Source: Calditrichia bacterium (GTDB lineage Bacteria; Calditrichota; Calditrichia; RBG-13-44-9; J075). Taken from it: a stretch of DNA of 64,000 nt. Under the pieces are notes generated by a model. That model was not told the DNA's origin. It searched no databases and saw nothing but the letters and a program-made list of their open reading frames with translations. The stretch spans positions 1-64,000 of the forward strand of contig JBOEGD010000030.1 of NCBI GenBank assembly GCA_050633245.1. The letters are read 5' to 3'. A program made the translations under genes and the position numbers. Positions 38,800-48,720 of this stretch are shown here, piece after piece (positions within the stretch are counted from its first letter, which is position 1; each line of letters opens with the position of its first letter).

Positions 38800-41121
38800 A
38801 TGGCCTCAAAGCAGTCTGACAGTATCGACGCGCCGTTGGGTGACGATAAAAAACCCACCGGAAACGGGGTTTCCAAGGAACGTTTGGAAACCGCTCAGTT
38901 TGAAGAAGTAACCCCTCCCTTAACTATCGTAAAACGCGATGGCCGATCCGTCCCTTTCGACGTTTCCAGAATAGAGAAAGCAATTGACAGCTGCTTCAAA
39001 AGTTTTGGTCGTAAGCCCTCCACGCCAGTTTCTAAGATTGCCGAGCAGGTTGTGAACATTGTTGCGGTTAAATTTGACGAACCAACAGTCGAACAGGTCC
39101 AGGACATTGTAGAAATGGTTCTACAAGCCGCTGGAGAGTATGAAGCGGCGAAACACTATATCCTTTATCGCGCTGAGCAGTCTATAAAGCGCAAGGATCG
39201 ACCGGTTCCGGAAGATGTTCGCGAGGCATTTGAAGTCTCGGACATTTATTTTCCCACACAGCTTCAGAAATTTCAGTTTTATGACAAATATTCTCGTTTC
39301 AACTATGAGCTCGGTCGACGTGAGACATGGGTCGAAACGATTGATCGTGCTGTTGACTTTCTGAAAGAGCTTTCAGAGTTTCGATTGCCCGCATTAACTT
39401 ATGAACGCGTTCGTATGGGAATGTTGGAAATGCGCGCTATGTCTTCCATGCGTCTGCTCGCCATGGCTGGCTCCGCAGCACGACGCAATAATATTTGCAT
39501 ATACAACTGCTCTTATATGCCGGTAGATAGCCTGGACTCATTCGTAGAAGCGCTGATTATCTCCATGTGTGGTTGTGGTGTCGGTTATTCCGTCGAAAGC
39601 AAGTACATCGAGAAATTCCCTCGTATTCGCAGACAAACCAATGCCGCTCCGGTTCGCTATGTTGTAGAGGATAGTGCCGAAGGCTGGGCAGATGCACTTC
39701 GCGTCGGTTTGCAAATCTGGATGGATGGTGGCGATGTTCAGTATGATTATTCTCAAATTCGCCCGGCTGGCGCACCGCTTCGTATTAAAGGCGGACGTGC
39801 TTCCGGTCCTGAGCCGCTACGCAAGATGCTGGATTTCTCCCGTGGCCGTATTCTGGCACGTCAGGGTGGTTTCCTGCGCTCGCTTGATGCACACGACATG
39901 ATGTGTGCCGTTGGTAATGCCGCCGTATCCGGAGGCGTTCGCCGCACGGCAATGATTTCTCTCTTCGACATCGATGATATCGAAATGCGCAACTGTAAGA
40001 ATGGTGACTTCGAGCGTTTAAACAGCCAACGCTGGAATGCCAACAACTCTGCCGTCTGGCCAAATCGCCCGCTGTCTCAGGCGGAAGTATCTCGCTTCGT
40101 ACTACAGATGGATGAGTCTGGACGTGGAGAGCCGGGCATCTTCAATCGCCAGGCTGCAATTCAATCGCGCCCGGAACGACGACTGGAAGCAGAATTCGGC
40201 ACAAACCCATGTGGCGAAATCATTCTGCGTCCTTATGAATTCTGTAATCTATCTATCGCCATTGCTCGCGAAGAAGATACGCTCGAGACGCTATCTGAAA
40301 AGGTTGAACTGGCAACGATTATCGGAACCATTCAGTCGATGGCAACACACTTCCCGGGACTGCGTAAGCAGTGGCGCGAAAACTGCGAAGAAGAACGCTT
40401 GTTGGGCGTAGACGTAACCGGACAGCTGGACAGTAAAGCTGCAATGGATCCTGAAGTTCAGCGCAAGCTGCGTCAGGTAGCCGTTGAAACAAACGAGCGT
40501 ATTTCCGGCATGCTGAATATTCCGCAATCTGCTTCCGTTACCTGCGTAAAACCATCAGGGAACTCTTCACAGCTATTCAACTGTGCACCGGGAATTCACG
40601 CACGCTGGTCGAAGTACTATGTTCGCAACGTTCGCGTAAGCTCTCATACACCGTTCTTTAAAGTTCTGCGAACCGCAGGCGTTCCGATGGATCCGGAAAA
40701 TGGTCAAATGCCGGAAACAGCAGAGACTTGGGTTATTCACTTTCCGGTGAAGGCACCTGAAGGCTCCATTACGCGTAAAGAACGCAGCGCAATTCAGCAA
40801 TGTGATTATTGGTTGCAGAATAAAACCGAATGGACAGAGCACAATCCCAGCGTAACGATTACGTATCAGGAAAGTGAAGTGATTGACCTGATTAAGTGGA
40901 TTTGGTCAAACCAGGATAAGATTGGCGGCATGGCCTTCTTACCGGCCTTCGATGCGATGTACGATCAGATGCCTTATGAAGAGATCACTGAAGAAGAGTA
41001 TAAGAAGCTGGCCTCTCAGTTCCCGAATATCGACTTCTCGAAGCTGTATCGCTATGAGGAAGAAGATTACACCACTGCCGCTCAGGAATTGGCCTGCCTG
41101 GCTGGAAACTGCGACATCTAA
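38800..41121 (+). CDS. nrdJ: Class II adenosylcobalamin-dependent ribonucleotide reductase, monomeric RTPR-type, with N-terminal ATP-cone
   Basis: IVKRDGRSVPFD ATP-cone; RRETW, YNCSY, GGRASGP, TNPCGEI, TCVKPSG, C-terminal CLAGNC; SD GGAGGAG. Confidence 0.92.
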   Translation: MASKQSDSIDAPLGDDKKPTGNGVSKERLETAQFEEVTPPLTIVKRDGRSVPFDVSRIEKAIDSCFKSFGRKPSTPVSKIAEQVVNIVAVKFDEPTVEQVQDIVEMVLQAAGEYEAAKHYILYRAEQSIKRKDRPVPEDVREAFEVSDIYFPTQLQKFQFYDKYSRFNYELGRRETWVETIDRAVDFLKELSEFRLPALTYERVRMGMLEMRAMSSMRLLAMAGSAARRNNICIYNCSYMPVDSLDSFVEALIISMCGCGVGYSVESKYIEKFPRIRRQTNAAPVRYVVEDSAEGWADALRVGLQIWMDGGDVQYDYSQIRPAGAPLRIKGGRASGPEPLRKMLDFSRGRILARQGGFLRSLDAHDMMCAVGNAAVSGGVRRTAMISLFDIDDIEMRNCKNGDFERLNSQRWNANNSAVWPNRPLSQAEVSRFVLQMDESGRGEPGIFNRQAAIQSRPERRLEAEFGTNPCGEIILRPYEFCNLSIAIAREEDTLETLSEKVELATIIGTIQSMATHFPGLRKQWRENCEEERLLGVDVTGQLDSKAAMDPEVQRKLRQVAVETNERISGMLNIPQSASVTCVKPSGNSSQLFNCAPGIHARWSKYYVRNVRVSSHTPFFKVLRTAGVPMDPENGQMPETAETWVIHFPVKAPEGSITRKERSAIQQCDYWLQNKTEWTEHNPSVTITYQESEVIDLIKWIWSNQDKIGGMAFLPAFDAMYDQMPYEEITEEEYKKLASQFPNIDFSKLYRYEEEDYTTAAQELACLAGNCDI

Positions 41122-41136
41122 GCTTATCCTCCTTAC

Positions 41137-41175
41137 AAAAAAGCCCGTCCCGATTCGTCGGGACGGGCTTTTTTT
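41137..41175. terminator. Bidirectional rho-independent terminator
   Basis: AAAAAAGCCCGTCCCGA-TTCG-TCGGGACGGGCTTTTTT between convergent genes. Confidence 0.92.
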
Positions 41176-41245
41176 ATTTATAGTTCAAACCTTTATCAAA
41201 ACGATTATAGCGAACTGATTGAAAAAGCAGCTGTATATTGTAATT

Positions 41246-42112
41246 CTAGTCAATCCACTTGAACACCAGTTCGCCCACACTACAGCTAACGCGCATATCA
41301 AGACGCGTATCAGCTTTTTCCCAATTCTCAGTGGTATAGATATCGCCGTTTTTAAACACATCGTTGATGGTGAGGCTGGTTAGAAAAGTATCCTCTATCT
41401 CAATGCGCGCAGCAATATCTCTTGGGAGATATATCGTCATGCTACCCATGCCGAGCTCAACATCGACATTTGCGCTGCGCTGGAGCTTTCCACCAAAGTC
41501 GAGTATGTAGGAACCAATCCCGGCTTCAAAATCGAAAGATGAAAAATTCGCATTAGCCAAATTATACATGCTTAGTTTACCGAGGCCGTTTTCGACATCC
41601 AGTTTATTCAAATCAACAGTATTCGGCTTACCAAAATCGATTGTTGCTTTGCCGGCAGCAGCGGTCAGTGAGCAATTGGCTATTTTAAGATCGCTAAGGT
41701 CAAGGTTTCCCTTCATCATCCCGCACTTCATTTTCAGAGATAGCGCAACGTTATTTGAGAAGTTCAATCGACATTCATTGGCATCAAAGTCATCAAAGTC
41801 GATATTTAATCCATCTTCATCATAGCGATCGTCACTAACGTGGATCACCAGCCGCCCTTCATCATCAACAACGCGATATTCAATTTCAGGCTTTTCGGTA
41901 TCGAACAAAAATTCCCCGCTAAACAGGCCCGAAACGGCAGATGAGGCTTGAATATCAAGCAACCCATGATCCATATTGATCCGGGCATACACGGTTTCTT
42001 CAACCGTTTTGTCGATCGAGTGATTCAGTTTCGTTTTGCCGTCTTCAACGGCATATAGAGAAGAGATAAAAAGCAGACATAACAATGCGGGCAAGCGATT
42101 GAAGTTCTTCAA
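41246..42112 (-). CDS. Exported beta-solenoid protein (LiaF/toast-rack/adhesin-like), coupled to the ECF sigma gene
   Basis: Signal peptide; repeated xGxGx.I beta-turn motifs; TTG start overlapping the sigma TGA. Confidence 0.7.
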   Translation of the reverse strand: MKNFNRLPALLCLLFISSLYAVEDGKTKLNHSIDKTVEETVYARINMDHGLLDIQASSAVSGLFSGEFLFDTEKPEIEYRVVDDEGRLVIHVSDDRYDEDGLNIDFDDFDANECRLNFSNNVALSLKMKCGMMKGNLDLSDLKIANCSLTAAAGKATIDFGKPNTVDLNKLDVENGLGKLSMYNLANANFSSFDFEAGIGSYILDFGGKLQRSANVDVELGMGSMTIYLPRDIAARIEIEDTFLTSLTINDVFKNGDIYTTENWEKADTRLDMRVSCSVGELVFKWID

Positions 42113-42690
42113 AAGAGATCTTTAACCTTTTTATTAAGCATCTCTCTTGCACGGAAAATGCGGGCTTTAACGGTTCCCAGCGGCAGTTTTAAAATCTCGG
42201 AAATTTCTTCGTAAGATTTTTCTTCCTTATGCCGCAGCACAATTACATGACGATAGCGCGGTGGTAAAGACTGAATGGCATCATCAAGAATCTTGCTTCG
42301 CTCCTCAGCCAGTAAATACTTCTCTGGCGTTGGGTCCACATCCGGCACTTCGATCTTAACCTGTTCTTCCTTGTACTTAATCGGTTCATCAATCGAAAAT
42401 GTCTTCAGCTTCTTCTTCCGTAAAAAATCGATGCAGTTATTGGTGGCAATTTTCATAAGCCATGTAGAGAAGGCATACTCTTCGTTAAACGAAGCCAGTG
42501 CCTTAAAGGCCTTGATAAACGCTTCCTGCAAAAGATCTTCCGCCTCCTGCGGATTGCGAACCATCTTTATCATTACATGATAAACGAGGTTTCGGTATTT
42601 GACCATAAGCTCTTCATATGCCTTTTGGTCGCCGCTACGCGCCCTGGCAATTAGCTTCTGATCTTCAATCTTTCGCTGTTCTACATCCAT
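42109..42690 (-). CDS. ECF RNA polymerase sigma factor (SigW/RpoE-like)
   Basis: AEDLLQEAFIKAF, FSTWLMKIATN, SYEEISEIL.LPLGTVKARIFRAR. Confidence 0.95.
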   Translation of the reverse strand: MDVEQRKIEDQKLIARARSGDQKAYEELMVKYRNLVYHVMIKMVRNPQEAEDLLQEAFIKAFKALASFNEEYAFSTWLMKIATNNCIDFLRKKKLKTFSIDEPIKYKEEQVKIEVPDVDPTPEKYLLAEERSKILDDAIQSLPPRYRHVIVLRHKEEKSYEEISEILKLPLGTVKARIFRAREMLNKKVKDLF

Positions 42691-42694
42691 CTAT

Positions 42695-42720
42695 TACGCA
42701 AGTGGTTTATAATGGTTACA
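42695..42720 (-). promoter_or_regulatory. Putative ECF autoregulatory promoter
   Basis: Minus strand TGTAAC-N16-CGTA, 4 nt before the ATG. Confidence 0.55.
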
Positions 42721-42908
42721 TTTCCCGACAGAAATATATAGAACTATCGACAGCTTTCCAAACAGAACGATCGCGTAGCTTGGAAAATCGCCTTAAAATA
42801 TAACGCGAAAATTCTTCTTTGAAATTCAAACAGGCATACCTATCTTTTTTACCCTTACAAAAGCCCCAAATAAGCAACCGTGTTTTCCTAACATGAAGGA
42901 ATAGGTAT

Positions 42909-43256
42909 ATGAAGATTAAAGAATCCTTCGACAAAAACATCGCAGTACTTGCTCTCACTGGCAATATGATGGGCGGTCCGGACACTACTGCACTCCACCA
43001 AAAGGTAAAAAGCCTGCTTGATGACGGCATTAAGAAGATCGTTATCGATATGAAAGGTGTTAAGTGGATGAATAGTTCGGGTCTTGGTGTCCTGATGGCT
43101 TGTTCAAGCTCAATTGCTCAGGCTGAAGGTGAGTTAAAGTTATCCAGTGTCGCGGAAAAGGTGAACTCCGTTTTGATGATCACAAAGATGGTGGAGTTTT
43201 TTGACACCTACGAGACATCAGACCGCGCAGTAGGGACTTTTAAAGAAAGCGATTAA
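42909..43256 (+). CDS. STAS domain anti-sigma factor antagonist
   Basis: IVIDMKGVKWMNSSGLGVL motif with the phosphorylatable Ser. Confidence 0.92.
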   Translation: MKIKESFDKNIAVLALTGNMMGGPDTTALHQKVKSLLDDGIKKIVIDMKGVKWMNSSGLGVLMACSSSIAQAEGELKLSSVAEKVNSVLMITKMVEFFDTYETSDRAVGTFKESD

Positions 43257-43272
43257 CATCGCTTGTCCAGCA

Positions 43273-43293
43273 CCTGCTGTGATTCATAGCAGG
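43273..43293. terminator. Hairpin between convergent STAS and HD genes
   Basis: CCTGCTGTGA-T-TCATAGCAGG. Confidence 0.45.
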
Positions 43294-43304
43294 CGTGGCG
43301 ATTT

Positions 43305-43859
43305 TTAAAAGCCAATTGTTTCGGCTATTTCCTGCATTGCCTTTATTGTAAAGGCAATGTGTTCATCCATGTCCAGCCCAAGTTCTTCAACTCCCTGCCG
43401 GATGTCTTCCCTGCTTACGGATGCAGCAAAGCGCTTATCCTTCAGCTTTTTCTTTACGGACTTTACCTTTACGTCTTCCAGCTTTTTACTTGGCCGAACA
43501 TAGGTTACAGCGGTAATAAGCCCACAAAGCTCATCAACGGCAAAAAGCGTTTTTGCCATTTTTGTCTCCCGAGCAACACCGGTATGCTGTCCATGACCAA
43601 GGATCGCCGTTATCCACTCTTCAGGATAACCTTTCTCGCGCATAATTTCTGCGCCACGGAATGGATGATCTTCTAAAGTGGGATACATTTCGTAATCGAA
43701 ATCGTGCAGCAGTCCGACAATCCCCCACGCTTCAACATCTTCATTATAGTGAGCCGCATAAGCACGCATAGCTGCTTCCACTGACAACGCATGATTAATG
43801 AGCGCCTCTTTTTTTGTATACTCAGTTAAAAGCTGAAAGGCTTGTTCTCTTGTAAACAT
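43305..43859 (-). CDS. HD/HDIG domain metal-dependent phosphohydrolase
   Basis: HALSVE, GLLHDFDYE, DELCGL, KDKRFAASVSR; ATG 43859. Confidence 0.9.
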   Translation of the reverse strand: MFTREQAFQLLTEYTKKEALINHALSVEAAMRAYAAHYNEDVEAWGIVGLLHDFDYEMYPTLEDHPFRGAEIMREKGYPEEWITAILGHGQHTGVARETKMAKTLFAVDELCGLITAVTYVRPSKKLEDVKVKSVKKKLKDKRFAASVSREDIRQGVEELGLDMDEHIAFTIKAMQEIAETIGF

Positions 43860-43868
43860 CGGATATCC

Positions 43869-43933
43869 ATTGATGAATGATGATTGATGAATGATAATTG
43901 AACAATGAAAATGGACATTGGACATTGGACAAT
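43869..43933. repeat. Degenerate heptamer repeats (TGATGAW)n then (GGACAWT)x3
   Basis: Read directly; the 22-mer ATTGATGAATGATGATTGATGA is also at 32688-32709. Confidence 0.75.
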
Positions 43934-43956
43934 TATTACTACACTGCCACCTGTGG

Positions 43957-45255
43957 CTATTTTAAAAAAACCGCTTTCCGGCGGATAAAGCCCGACTTAG
44001 TGATTGCCTGAATATAATACACGCCTGACGCTGGTGAACCAGACTCGCCGCTGCCATTCCAGCGGACTTCATGATGTCCACAGTCATAGCTCTTATTTGT
44101 GAGCGTTTTAATACGCTTTCCATCGGAAGAGTGAATGTCGACTCTTACTGTCAGTTTAGAATATACGCGGAATTTCAGGACAATATCACGATCATCCGGA
44201 GTAGATTCGCGCAGATCGGTAAATTCGAAATTCTTAATGTGATCATCAGAAACCGGCGTCACACGCTCCTTGACTAAACCGGATGCCAAAAAGGCTTCGG
44301 AGTGAAGCTGCAGAGTACGTCGCATGTGCAAATCGGCGAAATGCCAGTTGTGAAGGGCATCATTAGACAATACCAATTCGTCGGCCTGATTAATAACTCC
44401 GTATTGCTGTAAAATAGAAACGAGATGCACACCACGATCTCGATTACCTTCCATGCCATCTGCAGCTGCGGTGGTAATATAGAACCGACACTTTGCAACG
44501 GACTCGCGCTTTTTGGCAGGGTAGCTTTCCAGCATGTTCAATATATTGTAAGACAACAAATGTTCTAAATCGTGTTCATCTGTTCCAGGGCGACGAAATG
44601 CCGGAGCAAACATCTGATCACGTCGCAACCAAAGGGTATCGTTGCGCAATCCGGGATAACGCGGGTCGTTCATCCCGTTAAACATATGGCTACCGTCATA
44701 GCTACCGACAGAACAAAACAAATCGGGGTGCTTTACTGCCAGCATCAGGCTGGTGAATCCCCCCAGAGAGAATCCATCAGCTGCACGAACACCTTTTAAC
44801 GTGCGGTAAGCGGAATCGATATGGTTAATAACGTCTTCACAAAAGTAGTCTTCAAACTGACCACTGCCAATCCCCTTAACCTTTTTGGCCGCCTTGGGAT
44901 TCAGAAAATTGACGCCCAAACCATAGATACTGCCATTGTCAGACGTCATTCCCGGCCCGACGATTATCATTTCACAGATGCGCTTATCCGCAAGCAGTTC
45001 ATCAGCTAAATGCTGAATGGCTCTATTCCCACGACTATGATCCTGATCCGGATCGAACCATTCTTTCTCGTGCCCACGAAATAAATATAAAACGGGATAG
45101 CGTTTTTCGCTGGTAAAATATCCTGGTGGTAAATAAATGCGATAGTTTTTCTTAACGCCAAGTATTTTGCTCGAAAACGAGATATTCTTCACCACACCGG
45201 GCTGACGCTTCTCAACAAGAGTTTTCATATTTAGTTCTTTTTCATTTAATGTCAC
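43957..45255 (-). CDS. Esterase (alpha/beta hydrolase) with C-terminal FlgD Ig-like domain
   Basis: IYLPPGY..RYPVLYLFRG, GFSLGG nucleophile, HNWHF; HEVRWNG..ASGVYYIQ. Confidence 0.85.
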   Translation of the reverse strand: MTLNEKELNMKTLVEKRQPGVVKNISFSSKILGVKKNYRIYLPPGYFTSEKRYPVLYLFRGHEKEWFDPDQDHSRGNRAIQHLADELLADKRICEMIIVGPGMTSDNGSIYGLGVNFLNPKAAKKVKGIGSGQFEDYFCEDVINHIDSAYRTLKGVRAADGFSLGGFTSLMLAVKHPDLFCSVGSYDGSHMFNGMNDPRYPGLRNDTLWLRRDQMFAPAFRRPGTDEHDLEHLLSYNILNMLESYPAKKRESVAKCRFYITTAAADGMEGNRDRGVHLVSILQQYGVINQADELVLSNDALHNWHFADLHMRRTLQLHSEAFLASGLVKERVTPVSDDHIKNFEFTDLRESTPDDRDIVLKFRVYSKLTVRVDIHSSDGKRIKTLTNKSYDCGHHEVRWNGSGESGSPASGVYYIQAITKSGFIRRKAVFLK

Positions 45256-45352
45256 AACTGGCTCCGAAGATAATCGACGTAAAAGAGAGCGGTATTGAGA
45301 TATCGCATGAAATCAGTTTACGGAATTTGATGTTTAAAGAAAAGGCGGAAGG

Positions 45353-45400
45353 CAGAACTCAAAACTCAGAGCTCTGAGCTCTGAGCTCTGAGCTCTGAGC
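45353..45400. repeat. Heptamer repeat (GAGCTCT)x4.5 preceded by inverted degenerate units
   Basis: CAGAACTCAAAACTCAGAG-CTCTGAGCTCTGAGCTCTG... Confidence 0.8.
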
Positions 45401-45509
45401 AAATTAATCGAGGTTAGACAGAAAAGTGAGAGACCGTCATGAATTAAGTATTATCTATTTCATTCCGGCAGCTGTCTTCATCATAATTAATCAGTCAAAA
45501 TTCATCAGT

Positions 45510-47849
45510 TTAAATGCTTAGCTCAAAACCAAGGTTAAAAAAGCGTCGGGTATACACACGTGGGATTCGTACCGGATCGCCAGGGAAAATCTGAAACCAG
45601 GAATACCCGGCAACGTTAATATTATTAAATACATTCAGCACTTCAGCGCTTATGACAAGCGCGCGGTCATCTCCTATCGTAAATCTACCGGTCATACCGA
45701 GATCGGCGCGAGTATAGCGACTAAACCGCTCTAACCTTGCAAAGTCTACCGCCAGGACGTTCTGTCCATTCTGATCAACTACACTGCGTGGGTGAAACAG
45801 ATAGCCGCTTCCATAAAGCAATCGCAAATGAGCCTGAATATTGGGGTAATTCGGCACTTTATCCTGCAAAAAAATACGCGCAGTATGCGTTTGATCCAAA
45901 ATTCGGCGACGGTTTATTCCCGTCTTAAGATCGCGTTCTTGTGTATTCAAATAACTGTAGCTAATCCAACTATTCAAACCTTCAACAATTTCTCCGCGGA
46001 TTGAAATATCCATTCCATAAGCAAAGCCATCCGTACGTTCTTCCGGACGATAAATCAGTTTAAGCTCATCCACATAATACGGGATAATTCGGTTCAGCTT
46101 TTTGTAAAACACTTCAGCTTGAAAAGAAAGCCGCTCCTTAAAAAGCTGCTCCCACCCCAAAATCCCGTGTATACTTTGCTGCGAATTAAATCCATCAAAG
46201 GCTTCTCGCTGCACGCCCTGAAGCTCATAAAAAAGTGGCGGCTGTTCATAAATTCCGCCGCTAAGGCGCAATACCTTATCCTCAGACGGTTTAAAAGAGA
46301 TCGAAGAGCGCGGGCTAACGCGCGTCTCATTATTCAGGCTATAATGATAAACACGCAAGCCGGCGGTTGCCTGTAGGCGCTTGCTGAAGCTGTAGGAATC
46401 CTGTAGATACCCGCTAAAGTAGTCTACGCGTTCGCTGCGTCGATCTCGATTCACTAACGGCACTTCCTGAGTAGACTCTCCACCTTCTTCGAAGAAGGCT
46501 TCATCGATGCGGCTTTTCATGGAAATAGAGCGAACGTTTATGCCAGCCTGAATCTTGTGCACACCAGATGTATGCTCCGCAGTAACATGTGCTTCCAGCG
46601 TCTCCAGATCCAGCAGATTGTCTGCTGTTTCAACACGAGACTTCAAATATTCCCGCGTGCTCTGCGGTTCGCTGGCATCGAGCACATAAAAGATATTTCC
46701 CGCAAGATCGACCTGCTCCTCTTCGCTGGTATTATAACCAGCAACAGAGAAACGCACGCTAGTTTGCTCGGAAGGATGATAGCCATACGCAAGCCCCGCC
46801 AATGAAGACTGAAACGAGTAAGCGCTATTTCCATCATACTCGATTTCCACGGCACGTACGTCCACTAAACTAAACTTAAAGTTGCCGGTAAAGGTATCCG
46901 GAGTAAGATCGAAGCGATTGCGTGCATGTAGTGCAAAAAGCTGCAGTTGGGAGTTCTTGCTTAGTTTCAGACGAGCAAAGAACTGACCATCGAAAAATTC
47001 CGGACGGTAATTTCCGCTTGTTTGTAGACGGTTCACAAAAAGCTGCGGGTTTGCATAACGAACACCGCCACTCCACTGTAGCGTTTTTCCTGAATGTTTT
47101 ACCGCAGCGCCCATGGTAAGAAAGTCTGCACGAACGGTCATCCTGGTATTGTTTTCAGGGGCAAGCCCATAATCCACTTCCAAAGCTGAAGAAAGCCGAT
47201 CGCCGAAAAGCACTGGAAAGCCACCGCTGTAGAACTTCAGATTCTCAACAAGATCGGGATTTATCAGCGATTGGTTTTCTTCCACACCGCGGCGTAATAA
47301 AAAAGGTCGATAAATTTCATAGCCATTCAGATAAATCAAATTCTCATCGAAGTTGCCACCGCGAACATTATAAGCACTACTAAGCTCATTATTAGATGCG
47401 ACACCGGGGAGGATTTTTATACTGCGTAGCGGGTCGGAATAGGGATCAGGCATTTTGCGTATATCTGCCGAAGCGATAATCTTTTCCTGTCCATCATGCA
47501 GTTCGAATACAGTTACAGATTTTCCCGCAACAGCAGCTGGCTGAAGCACAATAAAGAGACGGGCATTTGGCACACGGGAAGTTAAACTCAACGGCTGCTC
47601 GAACGGTTCATAACCAATAAACTGACATTGCAAAAGTTGTTCACCAATAGGAACTATCAACTCAAACCTGCCGAGACTGTCGGTTACCGTACCAACCTGT
47701 AACGCCTTAATATAGATTTCACATCCTGCAAGCGGTTCACCGCTATCTTTGTCGCTAACAGTACCGCGAATACTCCCGCTCTTCTGTGCAAGAAGTAGCG
47801 TGTTAAACAATATGAAAGGTAAAATAATAGCTATGTTGAGAAATCGCAT
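45510..47849 (-). CDS. TonB-dependent receptor with carboxypeptidase-like N-domain
   Basis: GTVSDKDSGEPL, YNVRGGNFDENLIYLNG plug, C-terminal FNLGFELSI. Confidence 0.9.
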   Translation of the reverse strand: MRFLNIAIILPFILFNTLLLAQKSGSIRGTVSDKDSGEPLAGCEIYIKALQVGTVTDSLGRFELIVPIGEQLLQCQFIGYEPFEQPLSLTSRVPNARLFIVLQPAAVAGKSVTVFELHDGQEKIIASADIRKMPDPYSDPLRSIKILPGVASNNELSSAYNVRGGNFDENLIYLNGYEIYRPFLLRRGVEENQSLINPDLVENLKFYSGGFPVLFGDRLSSALEVDYGLAPENNTRMTVRADFLTMGAAVKHSGKTLQWSGGVRYANPQLFVNRLQTSGNYRPEFFDGQFFARLKLSKNSQLQLFALHARNRFDLTPDTFTGNFKFSLVDVRAVEIEYDGNSAYSFQSSLAGLAYGYHPSEQTSVRFSVAGYNTSEEEQVDLAGNIFYVLDASEPQSTREYLKSRVETADNLLDLETLEAHVTAEHTSGVHKIQAGINVRSISMKSRIDEAFFEEGGESTQEVPLVNRDRRSERVDYFSGYLQDSYSFSKRLQATAGLRVYHYSLNNETRVSPRSSISFKPSEDKVLRLSGGIYEQPPLFYELQGVQREAFDGFNSQQSIHGILGWEQLFKERLSFQAEVFYKKLNRIIPYYVDELKLIYRPEERTDGFAYGMDISIRGEIVEGLNSWISYSYLNTQERDLKTGINRRRILDQTHTARIFLQDKVPNYPNIQAHLRLLYGSGYLFHPRSVVDQNGQNVLAVDFARLERFSRYTRADLGMTGRFTIGDDRALVISAEVLNVFNNINVAGYSWFQIFPGDPVRIPRVYTRRFFNLGFELSI

Positions 47850-48041
47850 GAATCGCTTTCTTAGCTGAATCTCATCCTCAATGCCAATTATGTGTTCAGA
47901 AAAGGTTGTTATTCTGTGTCACCGTTAGGCATCTCATGAACATGTCACGATCGACTTTACTGTTCTACCTGTCATACACCACGCGGTTCCAAAAATGCCC
48001 TAATTCAGATAGAAGATAAGACTTTTATTTGCTGAAAACCG

Positions 48042-48719
48042 TTACGCAATCTGGTAGCGGCGAATGTTAAAAATGAAGTTGCTCTCCCACCAGTTTTTAC
48101 TGGTAAAAGATAATTCCATCGAGTATCCATGACTTCTGGCAAGACGTTTGATTTCGACAATGTCGCAATCCTCTGAAAGGATCATATAAATTTGCGATTC
48201 ACTGTTCAGGAAGGCCAACATCTCCGGAAAGAGTCGACGAAAGTAAATATGTCCCTTGCCACAAAACCAGGCGTACTGGCTTTCTTTTTGGGGATTCTCA
48301 GGGTAGAATGGCGGGTTAATAACAATGATATCAAAGGTTTGTGGCGGTAGTTCATTAAACAGATCCGATTCACAGACCGTTAACTCAACTTTATTTTGCC
48401 AACCGTTACGTACTAAACCTTCTACCGCAGTTTTACTAATATCAGTGGAGGTTACCTGTGCTCCTCGCTTGGCAGCGTATACCGACAGCAAGCCGCTCCC
48501 GGCTCCCAGCTCCAGCATCCTTTTACCATTCAGGTCGACCTTTGATAAGAAGAAAAGCAGAATTCTGGTACTGAAAAAAAATCCCGGGTGAAAAACACCA
48601 GGACGCACAGTAATTCGAATATCATCAAACTGATAATCTCTTTCGCTGGCCAAATAGCGATCCATTACCGGCTTTAACAGACGATGAGATACTTTTTTGA
48701 ACGTCTTTTTTATATGCAT
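48042..48719 (-). CDS. SAM-dependent methyltransferase (HemK/PrmC-like NPPF motif)
   Basis: LELGAGSG, DIIVINPPFY. Confidence 0.88.
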   Translation of the reverse strand: MHIKKTFKKVSHRLLKPVMDRYLASERDYQFDDIRITVRPGVFHPGFFFSTRILLFFLSKVDLNGKRMLELGAGSGLLSVYAAKRGAQVTSTDISKTAVEGLVRNGWQNKVELTVCESDLFNELPPQTFDIIVINPPFYPENPQKESQYAWFCGKGHIYFRRLFPEMLAFLNSESQIYMILSEDCDIVEIKRLARSHGYSMELSFTSKNWWESNFIFNIRRYQIA

Positions 48720-48720
48720 T

